A DNA stretch of 64,000 bases from an uncultured virus (IMG/VR IMGVR_UViG_3300017941_000006) (IMGVR_UViG_3300017941_000006); one strand, 5' to 3'; counted from the first letter of the stretch, positions 1-9,188 are shown. A program made the numbers and translations. The notes: generated from the letters alone by a model not told the origin.

Positions 1-131
1 ACTTTGATGGGGTGATTTTTATCTTTCAATTTTACAATGATAAATTGGCAGGCATACTGATTGGTGCCCCGGCCGTACCTCTTGAGCAGGAGAATAAAGC
101 CCCGCAGGAGAAAAGATACAGGGGGAAATAA
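1..131 (+). CDS. 3' end of an upstream CDS (partial, unknown function)
   Basis: Frame open from nt 3 (FDGVIFIFQFYND...RYRGK) to TAA at 129-131, 2 nt before the next ATG. Confidence 0.45.
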   Translation, partial: FDGVIFIFQFYNDKLAGILIGAPAVPLEQENKAPQEKRYRGK

Positions 132-133
132 CG

Positions 134-472
134 ATGAAAAAGAAACCAAAAAGTTTTTTAACCTTTGAAAGTTTTAGGGATAAGATAACTGTTATTTCAA
201 GCATCTTGCTTATATTTGGTATGCTATTTGCAGCATGGATGTTTCTCGATAATAGATATGCCCAAAAGAAAGTTGAACAGAAACTGGATTATGTAAAATA
301 TAGCCTGCAGTTTCAAATGAACAACGATAAGATTTCGACATTGATGTCTTTGTACCCAAAAATAGAAACTGCTGATCCAGTCGTAAAGCAGCAACTTCAA
401 ACTTATATGGATACAAAGTTAGAACTCGTCCGTAAGATGGAAGTTTTAGAAAAGTTGGGGATAGGTCTATAA
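134..472 (+). CDS. small membrane protein (single TM + helical C-terminus)
   Basis: Hydrophobic stretch ITVISSILLIFGMLFAAWMFL; stop overlaps the next start (TAATG). Confidence 0.6.
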   Translation: MKKKPKSFLTFESFRDKITVISSILLIFGMLFAAWMFLDNRYAQKKVEQKLDYVKYSLQFQMNNDKISTLMSLYPKIETADPVVKQQLQTYMDTKLELVRKMEVLEKLGIGL

Positions 473-3400
473 TGCCAAGGGTAAGGTTTGAACCTTTAAA
501 GATAACAACTCTCTACGAAGAGAAAGTTGCTCAAAGCGTTAAGGATCGCTATAAGAGTCACATTAATAGAGAATCCCTTCGTCTCGTAAGTAACATCACG
601 GATGACATGAGGGATAGGATTGCTGGATTAATGCACGAGGGTATTGACGAAGGTAGGTCAGTTAGTGCAACTGCCAGCACACTTCTTAAGACTGGTCTGG
701 ACAAAGGAGTTTTTAGATCGGCAAGACGAAGAGCCTATCTCATATCAAGAACTGAATTACATAGAGCAAGACAACAAGGAGCTTTTGATCTTTATAGAGC
801 AAATCATATTGATCTTGTTAAGTGGATTGCCATAGGAGATGAAAGAACATGCGATACGTGTGCACCCCGAAACAACCATGTTTATAGGCTTAGCGAGATA
901 GAGGGAGACTTACCGCCTATTCATCCAAGATGTAGGTGTAGAGTTGTGCCTTCAGATTTTCAACTCGAGATAAGTGTTAGACGTGATCGAAGAGGAAAGA
1001 TAATGGAAACAAGAATTTCTCCAACTCCTCAGAACTACAAATACTATGTGAGTCTTGACAGGAAGCCAAGAAGACGAGTTAAGAAGTCACTCGAGAAGGC
1101 TGTTTCAGTCAGAGCATTTACAAGGTACGTTCCAGGCAGAGGGTTTCAAAGATATAAACAGTTTCAAAGGGATGTAGCTGTTATTGATAAACCTGTTCCA
1201 AGGGATTTTTCATATGAGATAGCTAACTCTGGGGAAGATGTAGCAAATAAGATTGAGGAACGAAGAGAAGGAAAAGTTCGAGCTACTTATGCCGTTAATG
1301 CGGTTAGGGCTTGGAACATGGAAGCAAAAAATAAGTATCCTAACACTAATTATCTCGGTGACGTTGGCGTTAGAGAATGCTTACAAAATAGTTTGGATGC
1401 GGTCACAGAATCTTTAGAAAAAGGAGAGATAAAGAGGGGCAAGATCGAAATAGAACTTACTCCTCATAAAGAAAAGTACTCTGTCAAAGATAATGGAATA
1501 GGAATGTCCGATACAGACATTCGTGACAAGTTCCTTGCTCTTTACGGAACAGGGAAAGATATCAAAGGTAGATTCGGAGGATTTGGAATCGCTAAGGCTG
1601 TTATCTTGGCTCCTTCTGAAAGTTCACATTGGCAACTCAAAACAAGAGATAATTTCTTTGATGACAAGATGGCCTCTGCAAATGATCAGATTAAAGCCAT
1701 TCCAAAAATTCAAGGAACACAAATTGATGTTTGGGCAGGGGAGGATATTGTTAGCGAAGATGCCAAGAAATATGTGGAGACGACTGAAGTTCCTAAAAAT
1801 ATAGGTATAAGATTTAAGTGGGCACTTGATGATTGGGAAACTTTAAAGAATCCTTTTCTGAAATTAAAGAGTGAAGTAAGTCATACTACGGCAAAGGGTT
1901 CTGAAATAACAATGTCTTTCTTTCCAAGACCGCCATCGGAATACAGAAATCATATGATTTTGAGACTTGTTGACAAAAAGACCGGGGCTAAATTAACTCA
2001 GGCCATAAACCCTATATTTGGAGGTTTTAAAGGGGCTTTAGTTGTTGATATAGAAACAAGTGCAACCCCGGGCTCCGGTGGATATCCTCTTACCGATTCG
2101 AGAATGGGATTGAAGTGGGGAGAAGTTCAAGATTTTGTTAACACAGAAATAAGTCAAAGAACAAGAGAAAAGAAATCAGCTGAGCGAGTTGGTCAACAAG
2201 AGAAGTGGCTGGACTTACCGGAAGTTCCTGGCTGGAAAGATACTCTCGAGAGAATTAAAACAGATACAGGTTATGCATATCTTAAAGACACAATAGATAA
2301 AATTTGGCAAAAAGATTTTGTGTCGCAACATTTAAAAGGTATAGTATCAACAGATATAGGAGAACAACCTTTTACCTCTCTTGAAAATATAAAGATACTT
2401 AGGGATGTTGGCTTTAAAGGTTCGGATGGCGGGACTGTTGCTCAAGCAAAGTTGATGCTGGCATTTGAGTCTTTAGCTCAGATGTATTCACAAACTTTGC
2501 AAAAAGCTGGTATGCATTGTCCGTTGTTTGGATTTCATGCTCTGTTGTCTAAAGCTACATCGACCGGAGTGAGACTTGCACATTTTAGCAGACAAGAACA
2601 TACTTTAGGTTTGGATATTAAATCTTTTCCTAAGAGTGCTTTCGCAAGTCCGGTTAGTCTTGCCTTAGAAATGGTCAACACTATTCAGCATGAGTTCACT
2701 CATAATTGGAGGAGGGAACACGACGAAGGTTTCACTTCTCAACTTGGGCAAATACAAACGGTAACAGCGCCCTTATTTAATAGGGCTTTAGAGGTTGCAG
2801 GAGCGCTTCTCGGCAAGGATACCAGAATAACTATAGATACACCGCAAGGAATAGAAAAAATCAAGAGAAGCCATATTTGGACAATAGGAGAAAAACCAAA
2901 ACAGCCTGAATGGAGAGCAGAACTTTTTCAGTTGTACAAGGAGATAGGGGGAAAGTCAGGAGCGACTGCAGTTTACAAGATTGCTGAAAAATATAACATT
3001 CCAGAGAAACGTGTAAGAATGGTTCTTGCCGGATACAAAGCGGCACAAAGCCGAAAGGAGAAGAAAGATGTCACTAAATCCATTACAGAAAGCAGCGTTG
3101 GATTCCGAGGCCCCGAGAGAACAAGTCATCCAAGGTTTGTTATCCAACTTGATAAACGATTGCCTGATGAAAGCAGGGATCGATCCCAATGGGCCGATAG
3201 CAGGATCGATGCGGAAGCTGGGACAGGACGTTTGGGACTTGAGGGACGCTCTGGAAGAAGAGGGTTATTGGTAATAGAGAAAGCCAGATCTCACAAGTAT
3301 CTCAGAAAAATACCGAGAGGATCGGGAAGATATGAATATATCTATCAGAGACCAGATGTAGGTTTTCACGGAACCACTTCTAAGTTTTTAGAAACTATTC

Positions 3401-6400
3401 TTAAAGAAGGTTTAAGAAGTTCAAAAGATACCGGAGTTGCGTTGTATAGTGGAGAATCACAATTTGGCCCAAAAGCTAAGAGATATGGAGTTTATTTCGC
3501 AAAAACTCCGGAAAGAGCTTTTGGTATTGCTGAAGTGGCAACAAAAAAATTTGGTGGGAAGCCTGTAATTTTTATTGCTAAAGTTGATCCTAAAAAAGCA
3601 GAATCGGATGAAGATTTTGCAGTTGTCTTGGGTGATCTCTTTCGTGATATTTCTCGAGACAAACCTCCTCTTTTAACGGGTAATGAAATTAGGCAGCGTC
3701 TCAAGGATTATAAATTAAGCTATGGGGAGACCTATTATATACCGCAAGATACGCAATATAGATTGAATACGTTATCTGACGGAAAATTGGAACGTCTGTA
3801 CGATAATTGGCGGAAGGGAGGTTCTAAAGCGATAGATGAGGAGCTCACATCCAAAGATAGTTGGAAAATATTTGGGAGTGCTGCATTTCCTGGTGATAAG
3901 CCAGAAGATATCAGAGCTGCTATTTTTTGGGATTGGGCTGAACATAAATATACAAGAATAGGATCACCTTTTGAAAAGAAATTAGATAAAGCTTTAAGAA
4001 GGTTAAACTTAAGAGAAGTAACTAAACTTCCAGGGGCCCACGTTGTTGAAAATCCGGCCTTTATAAAAGCTTTAGAAGAGTTTGGATTCTTTGCGACATC
4101 TACCGGACTTTTGAAATCAGTTATGGGAGAAGATTTAAAGAAAGCCAGAAGCTATGTAAGATTCAGACATGGGAAGTATGAGCATGTTAAAGGATGGTCT
4201 GGAAAACCAAGATTATTTGATTTATCATCAGAGGACAAAATTCACCGTTATCTTCTTGACGCATCTTCCCCTGAAATAGAAAAAGCACTTCAAGTAGTTC
4301 AGGAAATACATGCTGTCGGTGGGCAAACTTTATTTATTGGAGGTTGCGTTAGAGATGCTTTGCTTGGCAAGAAGAGTAAAGATATCGATCTTGAAGTTTA
4401 CAATGTGAAACCGGAAGAAGTTCGAGCAATTCTTGACCGAGCCGGAAAAGTAGATCAGGTAGGAAAGAGTTTTGGAGTTTTTAAACTCTCTTTTCCCGGA
4501 ATGGAGGCTATTGATGTAGCCATTCCAAGAAGGGAAAGTAAAACTGGCAAAGGACATAAAGGATTTATGGTAGATCATGATCCTTCAATGACTTTCAAGG
4601 AAGCTGCGGGACGTAGAGATTTAACTATCAATGCTTTGGCATACAATCCTATAGAGGACAAGATAATTGATGAATATGGAGGCCTTCAGGACATTAAGGA
4701 CAAGATATTAAGAGCTACAAACCCAGAAACCTTTGGAGAAGATTCATTAAGAGTATTGCGAGTTATGAGATTCGCTGCCCAGTTAGAATTCTCTCCGGAT
4801 TTTAATCTTGCATGGCTTTGCAGGCAGATCGATCTGACCGATCTTCCAAAGGAGAGAATTTTTGGGGAAGTTGCTGGAATGCTTCTTAAAGCAAAGAGAC
4901 CAAGTATAGGATTAAGATTGATTCACATACTTGGAATTAATAAGATTCTCCCAGAGCTCGATGAACTTAAAGGAACAGAACAGGATGAGAAATGGCATCC
5001 TGAAGGGGATGTATGGGAGCACACATTATTGGCGGTAGACGAAGCCGCCAAGATGAAGAAGCAACTCGCAAATAATCAAGATAGACTGGTTTATATGCTT
5101 GGCGTCCTATGCCATGACATGGGAAAGCCAGAAACAACAGATGTTAATGAGGAGGGGAGAACAATCAGTCATGGGCATGACGAGATGGGAGCGAAGGTAG
5201 CTCAGGATTTTCTTGGAAGATTAACTGACGAGACAGATATTTTAGAAAGAGTTGAAGGTTTGGTAAGACATCACATGAGACCTACCTTCTTCTTTCATGA
5301 CAAGGTTCCGGATTCAGCTATTAGAAGACTTGCAAAGAAAGTCGATATTCCAATGCTCCTTATGGTATCGGCTGCCGATAAATCCGGTAGAGGGGATAAA
5401 GACATTGATCTAAGTGCCGAGAGATGGATGATGAGAAAGTTCAAGAATCTAAAACTCGCACATCCTGAAACTCTCGAGCCGAAAGTCATGGGAAGACATC
5501 TCATTCCATTAGGCATTAAACCTGGCCCGGAGATGGGAAGAATTCTAGACAAGATTTACAATGCTCAGCTGGAAGGTAAGTTTGAAACCACAGATGCTGG
5601 TTTGGAATATGCTAATCAGCAAGGATGGTTAAAGACAGAAGAAGATACTGTCATTAAAGCTGTTCCCGTTAAGAAACTTATAACAAGTAGAGGGAAAACT
5701 TTTCTCCATACTTACTATGAAAATAGAAGTGGCTTAGGCCCCGGATTTTTTGCAGGAGCCGAGCCTTTGGTTGTAAATAAAATGTCTTTCAAGCAAAGTG
5801 AGGATCAGAAAAGATGGGGAGAAGAAGTTGTTCTTGTTGATGTTTCTAAATTTGATGCTGAATGGAGTAAAGACGAAGGATTTTATATTTCTTCTTCTGG
5901 AAAGAATGAGATTAGCAATAGGAGAGAAAAATTCCAAGAGTTTCTCAAAACTGGAAAGCCTATTATAATGCCTTCGGTCTCTGTAAGAGATATCGGATCG
6001 AGGGGTCTTATAGGTTTTACAAATGGAAGACATAGATTTGCAGTTCTCAGAGATATGGGCTTTACAGAAATTCCTGTATCTGTGGATGCGAAATCTGCGA
6101 AGATGGCAAAGGAACTCTTTAAAGCCCCAAGTTTAAAGGAGAAACTGGAAGCGCAAAATTACTGGTGGAAAACCGTTGCCGGAGGAATCGAAAGCAAGTA
6201 TGAGGGGGTTAAAATAGTTTACGCAGGAAAGAAGACATCTGAAGGGTTTACCCATACTTATGCAGATGAGCAGTTCCAAGATGCAATAGATATGATTCCG
6301 GAAGAGCATAGGAAGCTTATTGATTCAGTGATTCTTGAGCCTGGGAGTGTATTGGGTGAAGATGGCAAAGCTGAATTTGGTCGTGTTTTTGAAGGAACAA

Positions 6401-7164
6401 GTTCTATTCACATATACCGTGGGGTTCAACTTCATGAGTATGGAACCAGTTTTGAAGAACAGTTTGCCCACGAAGTGGGACATTTGGTAGCACGAAAAGT
6501 GTTTGGAAGCATAGAAGCTGAGAAGTGGGGCGATGTTATTAAAGGAGAGAATCCTGTTTCTCATAGAGGTAGAGAAAATGCTGCAGAAGATTTTGCAGAA
6601 ACTTATTCTCTTTATCTTAATGATGAATTAAATAAGGATGATTATCCACAGAGATATAAAGCAATAAAGAATATAGTAGATAGGGCAAGGAAGCCCAGAA
6701 AAGTTTCAAAATTAAAATGGGAAGTCAAAGATTTGAAAGATGAGTTTGAAGAGAAGACTCCTTTGCTTCATACTACTTATGACAGATTAGCTGCAGGTGG
6801 GAAAGCTAAATATACTTCGAAGCCAAGTCCTGAAGCTGAAGCCGCTTTGAAAAAATTATTTGGGAAGGGTATGGTGATAGATATGGTAAAATCCAGAAAG
6901 AAGATAGTTGAAATGAAAAAATCCAGACTCGAGAATAAGTTTGTGCCTCACAAGATAGATGGAAAAGTTTCATGGGTTAAAGTTAAACATGGAGGCATGC
7001 TTGTTAAGAGTGCTAAACTTATCCAAGTCGGACAAGAGATTTTAGCCAAGTCTGGTTTAGCTACAATAACTGCGGTCGGGAAAGATGGAGTTACGGCAAG
7101 AACATCTAAAGGAGATAAAATACTTCTCCTTATGAAAGATGTTCTACCTTATGTAAGAGGATAA
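472..7164 (+). CDS. MuF (SPP1 gp7-like) head morphogenesis protein fused to multiple effector domains (polyvalent protein)
   Basis: MuF: RRAYLISRTELHRA, DERTCDTC, PPIHPRCRC. GHKL ATPase: ECLQNSLDA, DNGIGMS, GGFGIA, GTQI. Zincin HEFTH..EH. ART/Tpt1-like FHGT...ILKEGL...VYFA. Class II CCA/poly(A) nucleotidyltransferase GGCVRD, DIDLE, RRDLTINA, EDSLRVLR plus HD domain (HPEGDVWEHT, CHDMGKP). ParB/Srx-like NGRHR. Second zincin HEVGH...EDFAE. Confidence 0.9.
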   Translation: MPRVRFEPLKITTLYEEKVAQSVKDRYKSHINRESLRLVSNITDDMRDRIAGLMHEGIDEGRSVSATASTLLKTGLDKGVFRSARRRAYLISRTELHRARQQGAFDLYRANHIDLVKWIAIGDERTCDTCAPRNNHVYRLSEIEGDLPPIHPRCRCRVVPSDFQLEISVRRDRRGKIMETRISPTPQNYKYYVSLDRKPRRRVKKSLEKAVSVRAFTRYVPGRGFQRYKQFQRDVAVIDKPVPRDFSYEIANSGEDVANKIEERREGKVRATYAVNAVRAWNMEAKNKYPNTNYLGDVGVRECLQNSLDAVTESLEKGEIKRGKIEIELTPHKEKYSVKDNGIGMSDTDIRDKFLALYGTGKDIKGRFGGFGIAKAVILAPSESSHWQLKTRDNFFDDKMASANDQIKAIPKIQGTQIDVWAGEDIVSEDAKKYVETTEVPKNIGIRFKWALDDWETLKNPFLKLKSEVSHTTAKGSEITMSFFPRPPSEYRNHMILRLVDKKTGAKLTQAINPIFGGFKGALVVDIETSATPGSGGYPLTDSRMGLKWGEVQDFVNTEISQRTREKKSAERVGQQEKWLDLPEVPGWKDTLERIKTDTGYAYLKDTIDKIWQKDFVSQHLKGIVSTDIGEQPFTSLENIKILRDVGFKGSDGGTVAQAKLMLAFESLAQMYSQTLQKAGMHCPLFGFHALLSKATSTGVRLAHFSRQEHTLGLDIKSFPKSAFASPVSLALEMVNTIQHEFTHNWRREHDEGFTSQLGQIQTVTAPLFNRALEVAGALLGKDTRITIDTPQGIEKIKRSHIWTIGEKPKQPEWRAELFQLYKEIGGKSGATAVYKIAEKYNIPEKRVRMVLAGYKAAQSRKEKKDVTKSITESSVGFRGPERTSHPRFVIQLDKRLPDESRDRSQWADSRIDAEAGTGRLGLEGRSGRRGLLVIEKARSHKYLRKIPRGSGRYEYIYQRPDVGFHGTTSKFLETILKEGLRSSKDTGVALYSGESQFGPKAKRYGVYFAKTPERAFGIAEVATKKFGGKPVIFIAKVDPKKAESDEDFAVVLGDLFRDISRDKPPLLTGNEIRQRLKDYKLSYGETYYIPQDTQYRLNTLSDGKLERLYDNWRKGGSKAIDEELTSKDSWKIFGSAAFPGDKPEDIRAAIFWDWAEHKYTRIGSPFEKKLDKALRRLNLREVTKLPGAHVVENPAFIKALEEFGFFATSTGLLKSVMGEDLKKARSYVRFRHGKYEHVKGWSGKPRLFDLSSEDKIHRYLLDASSPEIEKALQVVQEIHAVGGQTLFIGGCVRDALLGKKSKDIDLEVYNVKPEEVRAILDRAGKVDQVGKSFGVFKLSFPGMEAIDVAIPRRESKTGKGHKGFMVDHDPSMTFKEAAGRRDLTINALAYNPIEDKIIDEYGGLQDIKDKILRATNPETFGEDSLRVLRVMRFAAQLEFSPDFNLAWLCRQIDLTDLPKERIFGEVAGMLLKAKRPSIGLRLIHILGINKILPELDELKGTEQDEKWHPEGDVWEHTLLAVDEAAKMKKQLANNQDRLVYMLGVLCHDMGKPETTDVNEEGRTISHGHDEMGAKVAQDFLGRLTDETDILERVEGLVRHHMRPTFFFHDKVPDSAIRRLAKKVDIPMLLMVSAADKSGRGDKDIDLSAERWMMRKFKNLKLAHPETLEPKVMGRHLIPLGIKPGPEMGRILDKIYNAQLEGKFETTDAGLEYANQQGWLKTEEDTVIKAVPVKKLITSRGKTFLHTYYENRSGLGPGFFAGAEPLVVNKMSFKQSEDQKRWGEEVVLVDVSKFDAEWSKDEGFYISSSGKNEISNRREKFQEFLKTGKPIIMPSVSVRDIGSRGLIGFTNGRHRFAVLRDMGFTEIPVSVDAKSAKMAKELFKAPSLKEKLEAQNYWWKTVAGGIESKYEGVKIVYAGKKTSEGFTHTYADEQFQDAIDMIPEEHRKLIDSVILEPGSVLGEDGKAEFGRVFEGTSSIHIYRGVQLHEYGTSFEEQFAHEVGHLVARKVFGSIEAEKWGDVIKGENPVSHRGRENAAEDFAETYSLYLNDELNKDDYPQRYKAIKNIVDRARKPRKVSKLKWEVKDLKDEFEEKTPLLHTTYDRLAAGGKAKYTSKPSPEAEAALKKLFGKGMVIDMVKSRKKIVEMKKSRLENKFVPHKIDGKVSWVKVKHGGMLVKSAKLIQVGQEILAKSGLATITAVGKDGVTARTSKGDKILLLMKDVLPYVRG

Positions 7165-7165
7165 A

Positions 7166-7378
7166 ATGGTAGACTGCCCAAAGTGCGGGAATACGATTGT
7201 AAAATCATATCCCGGCAATAAAGTAAAATTAAGGACTAACATAATTATATGGGAGTCTGGTGGAAAGGCCTTTTGCAAATGCAACAAGTGTCACGAGGAA
7301 GTTTGCATCCCTGTGTCTATTGAATTACCTACTGGAAAAAAATTAGGCCACGTAATTATTCAAGGAAAGAAAAAATAA
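7166..7378 (+). CDS. small zinc-ribbon protein
   Basis: CPKC...CKCNKC. Confidence 0.65.
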   Translation: MVDCPKCGNTIVKSYPGNKVKLRTNIIIWESGGKAFCKCNKCHEEVCIPVSIELPTGKKLGHVIIQGKKK

Positions 7379-7417
7379 TGATCATCATTGTGTTATATTT
7401 ATTAGAGATTTCATCTT

Positions 7418-7438
7418 GCCCTTTAAGTAGGGCTTTTT
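7418..7438 (+). terminator. possible intrinsic terminator
   Basis: gccct-ttaagt-agggc followed by ttttt. Confidence 0.4.
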
Positions 7439-7771
7439 GTGCTTATGAAAACAGAAATATTGAGAGGACGTAGATACAATATCTATCCCGATCGGCCTAA
7501 GAAGTGCCCGTTTTGTGGATATAGGATAGTATGGTCGAACGCAGATAGATGGAAATGTGGAAAATGCTATAAGAGCTGGGGCAAGAAAACTTTTCCAAGA
7601 CGCAAAGATTTAGGAGATCGTCCAAAGTGCTTATGCGGGGCTTCAAATCCTATATCGGAAGGAGTAAACTGGTTATGTACTGAATGCGGACGGCATTGGC
7701 TGAAGATTTATAGAATAGAAAAACAACTTACCCAAAGGGAGGTTTTAAGCGCTCAAGTTTTTGAAATATGA
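7439..7771 (+). CDS. tandem zinc-ribbon protein
   Basis: CPFC..CGKC and CLC..CTEC; each unit has a W-x-C motif. Confidence 0.65.
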   Translation: MLMKTEILRGRRYNIYPDRPKKCPFCGYRIVWSNADRWKCGKCYKSWGKKTFPRRKDLGDRPKCLCGASNPISEGVNWLCTECGRHWLKIYRIEKQLTQREVLSAQVFEI

Positions 7772-8103
7772 TTATCTACAAAGCTAAGAAGAAGTTATCC
7801 AAAGCTTTAAAAGGAAAGCCTAAATCTGAGGAGATGAAGAGAAAGATATCTGACTTTTTTAAGGGTAAATCTCTTTCGGAAGAGTTAAAGAAAAAGATGA
7901 GTGAAGCTCATATGGGCAAGCCTTGGAGTGAATTCAGAAAAGTTAGTTACTATCGTCATTCAGAAGCGACAAAGAAAAAGTTATCCGATGCCATTAAAGG
8001 AAAATGTTGTTCTGAAGGAGCAAAGAGAAAAGTGTCCGAATTTTGGGCAAAAAGGAGAAGAACCCAATGCGAAAATCGAAATCTGACAGTGGTTTGGAAA
8101 TGA
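7768..8103 (+). CDS. NUMOD3-motif DNA-binding protein (no nuclease domain seen)
   Basis: Repeated KGK-x-x-SEE-x-K-(R/K)K-(I/M)S units and HSEATKKKLS. Confidence 0.7.
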   Translation: MIIYKAKKKLSKALKGKPKSEEMKRKISDFFKGKSLSEELKKKMSEAHMGKPWSEFRKVSYYRHSEATKKKLSDAIKGKCCSEGAKRKVSEFWAKRRRTQCENRNLTVVWK

Positions 8104-8951
8104 TTAAAAGCTTTAAAATCAAGGAGTTACGAAAGTTTTTTGTAAGACGTATTGCAGCAGTTGGGGATTTACATTTGATGTCGAGGTATTCATTATTTCC
8201 TCCGGAGTTTGAGACAGAACAAGGAAATATATTTAAAGCAAGTCCGGGGCAACAACAAATATGGGAATCTTATCAAAACTTTCTTCATGTTTGTGATGAA
8301 TGGGAGGTCGATACAGTTCTTGTTGCATCTGATTTGGTTCATGGACAGAATGCAAAAGAAAGAGGAATGGGTCTGATAAGCACAAACATGAATGAACAAA
8401 TTCAGTTAGCAGAGCTAACTTTGAGGCCTCTCCTTAAAGGAAGGGAGTCTCACTGGGTTAGTGGATCGGGATACCATAACTCTGTTCAGGGAATGTATGT
8501 TGAAGAAGAACTTTGCACGAAGTTGGGAAAGGAGAAGGACATAACTACAAATTGGTATGGCACCGTAGCAAACTTAAAGGTTAAGCCTTTCGATAAGATA
8601 ATCAATTTAACTCACGGTGGTGGAAGAGCGATGTATTATCGAGAGACATTGGCTGCCAGAGAAATCATTTATGGTAAGGTAGCAGAAGTTAATCAAAAAC
8701 TTCCAAGAATTGATATGTATGTTCATGGTCACTTCCATTGGTATTGCTACATGCATCAAGGGAATGTCCATCATTTACAATTACCAGGATTTACTGCTTA
8801 TGAACCGGTTCCGATATTCACCCCTTCTTACACAAGGGCCCAGCCAGACATTGGGGGAGCTCTAATTATGTTTGATCAGAGCGGAAGAATCACGGTTTGG
8901 CACTTCTTGTATCCTCTTCCTCATATTAGCGATGAGGTGACAGGGATTTAA
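8043..8951 (+). CDS. calcineurin-like metallophosphoesterase
   Basis: GDLH, SDLVHG, GSGYH, THG, HGHFH motifs; real start may be ATG at 8100. Confidence 0.75.
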   Translation: MGKKEKNPMRKSKSDSGLEMIKSFKIKELRKFFVRRIAAVGDLHLMSRYSLFPPEFETEQGNIFKASPGQQQIWESYQNFLHVCDEWEVDTVLVASDLVHGQNAKERGMGLISTNMNEQIQLAELTLRPLLKGRESHWVSGSGYHNSVQGMYVEEELCTKLGKEKDITTNWYGTVANLKVKPFDKIINLTHGGGRAMYYRETLAAREIIYGKVAEVNQKLPRIDMYVHGHFHWYCYMHQGNVHHLQLPGFTAYEPVPIFTPSYTRAQPDIGGALIMFDQSGRITVWHFLYPLPHISDEVTGI

Positions 8952-8953
8952 AA

Positions 8954-9118
8954 ATGAAGATTACAGAAAAGCAAGCCGTAGTGATGTTTGATATTTTGAG
9001 GCACGCAATTCAGTTCGCAGGTGGATTTGCTGGATATCCCACAAAAACACTTATAGATGTCTACGATCAAATAATCAATCAACAGAGTAATGATCTTGTG
9101 GAGTTAGACAAGACATAG
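8954..9118 (+). CDS. hypothetical 54-aa protein (not in the ORF track)
   Basis: MKITEKQAVVMFDILRHAIQ...VELDKT*, starts 2 nt after the upstream stop. Confidence 0.5.
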   Translation: MKITEKQAVVMFDILRHAIQFAGGFAGYPTKTLIDVYDQIINQQSNDLVELDKT

Positions 9119-9135
9119 AGAGACACAAGGACATC

Positions 9136-9157
9136 CTTATATAATTAATAATGTAGA
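9136..9157 (+). promoter_or_regulatory. conserved intergenic motif CTTATATAATTAATAATGTAGA (candidate late promoter)
   Basis: 21/22 identical to 49170-49191; related copies at 9245, 31014 and 38930. Confidence 0.55.
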
Positions 9158-9188
9158 CTAAGAATACCTTAGAGAGACATAGAACCAG

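Noticed and set aside
472..7164. Inteins, or stop-codon recoding, explaining the giant ORF
   Set aside because: No intein splice motifs recognised; genes across the window end normally at TAA, TAG and TGA with tight coupling
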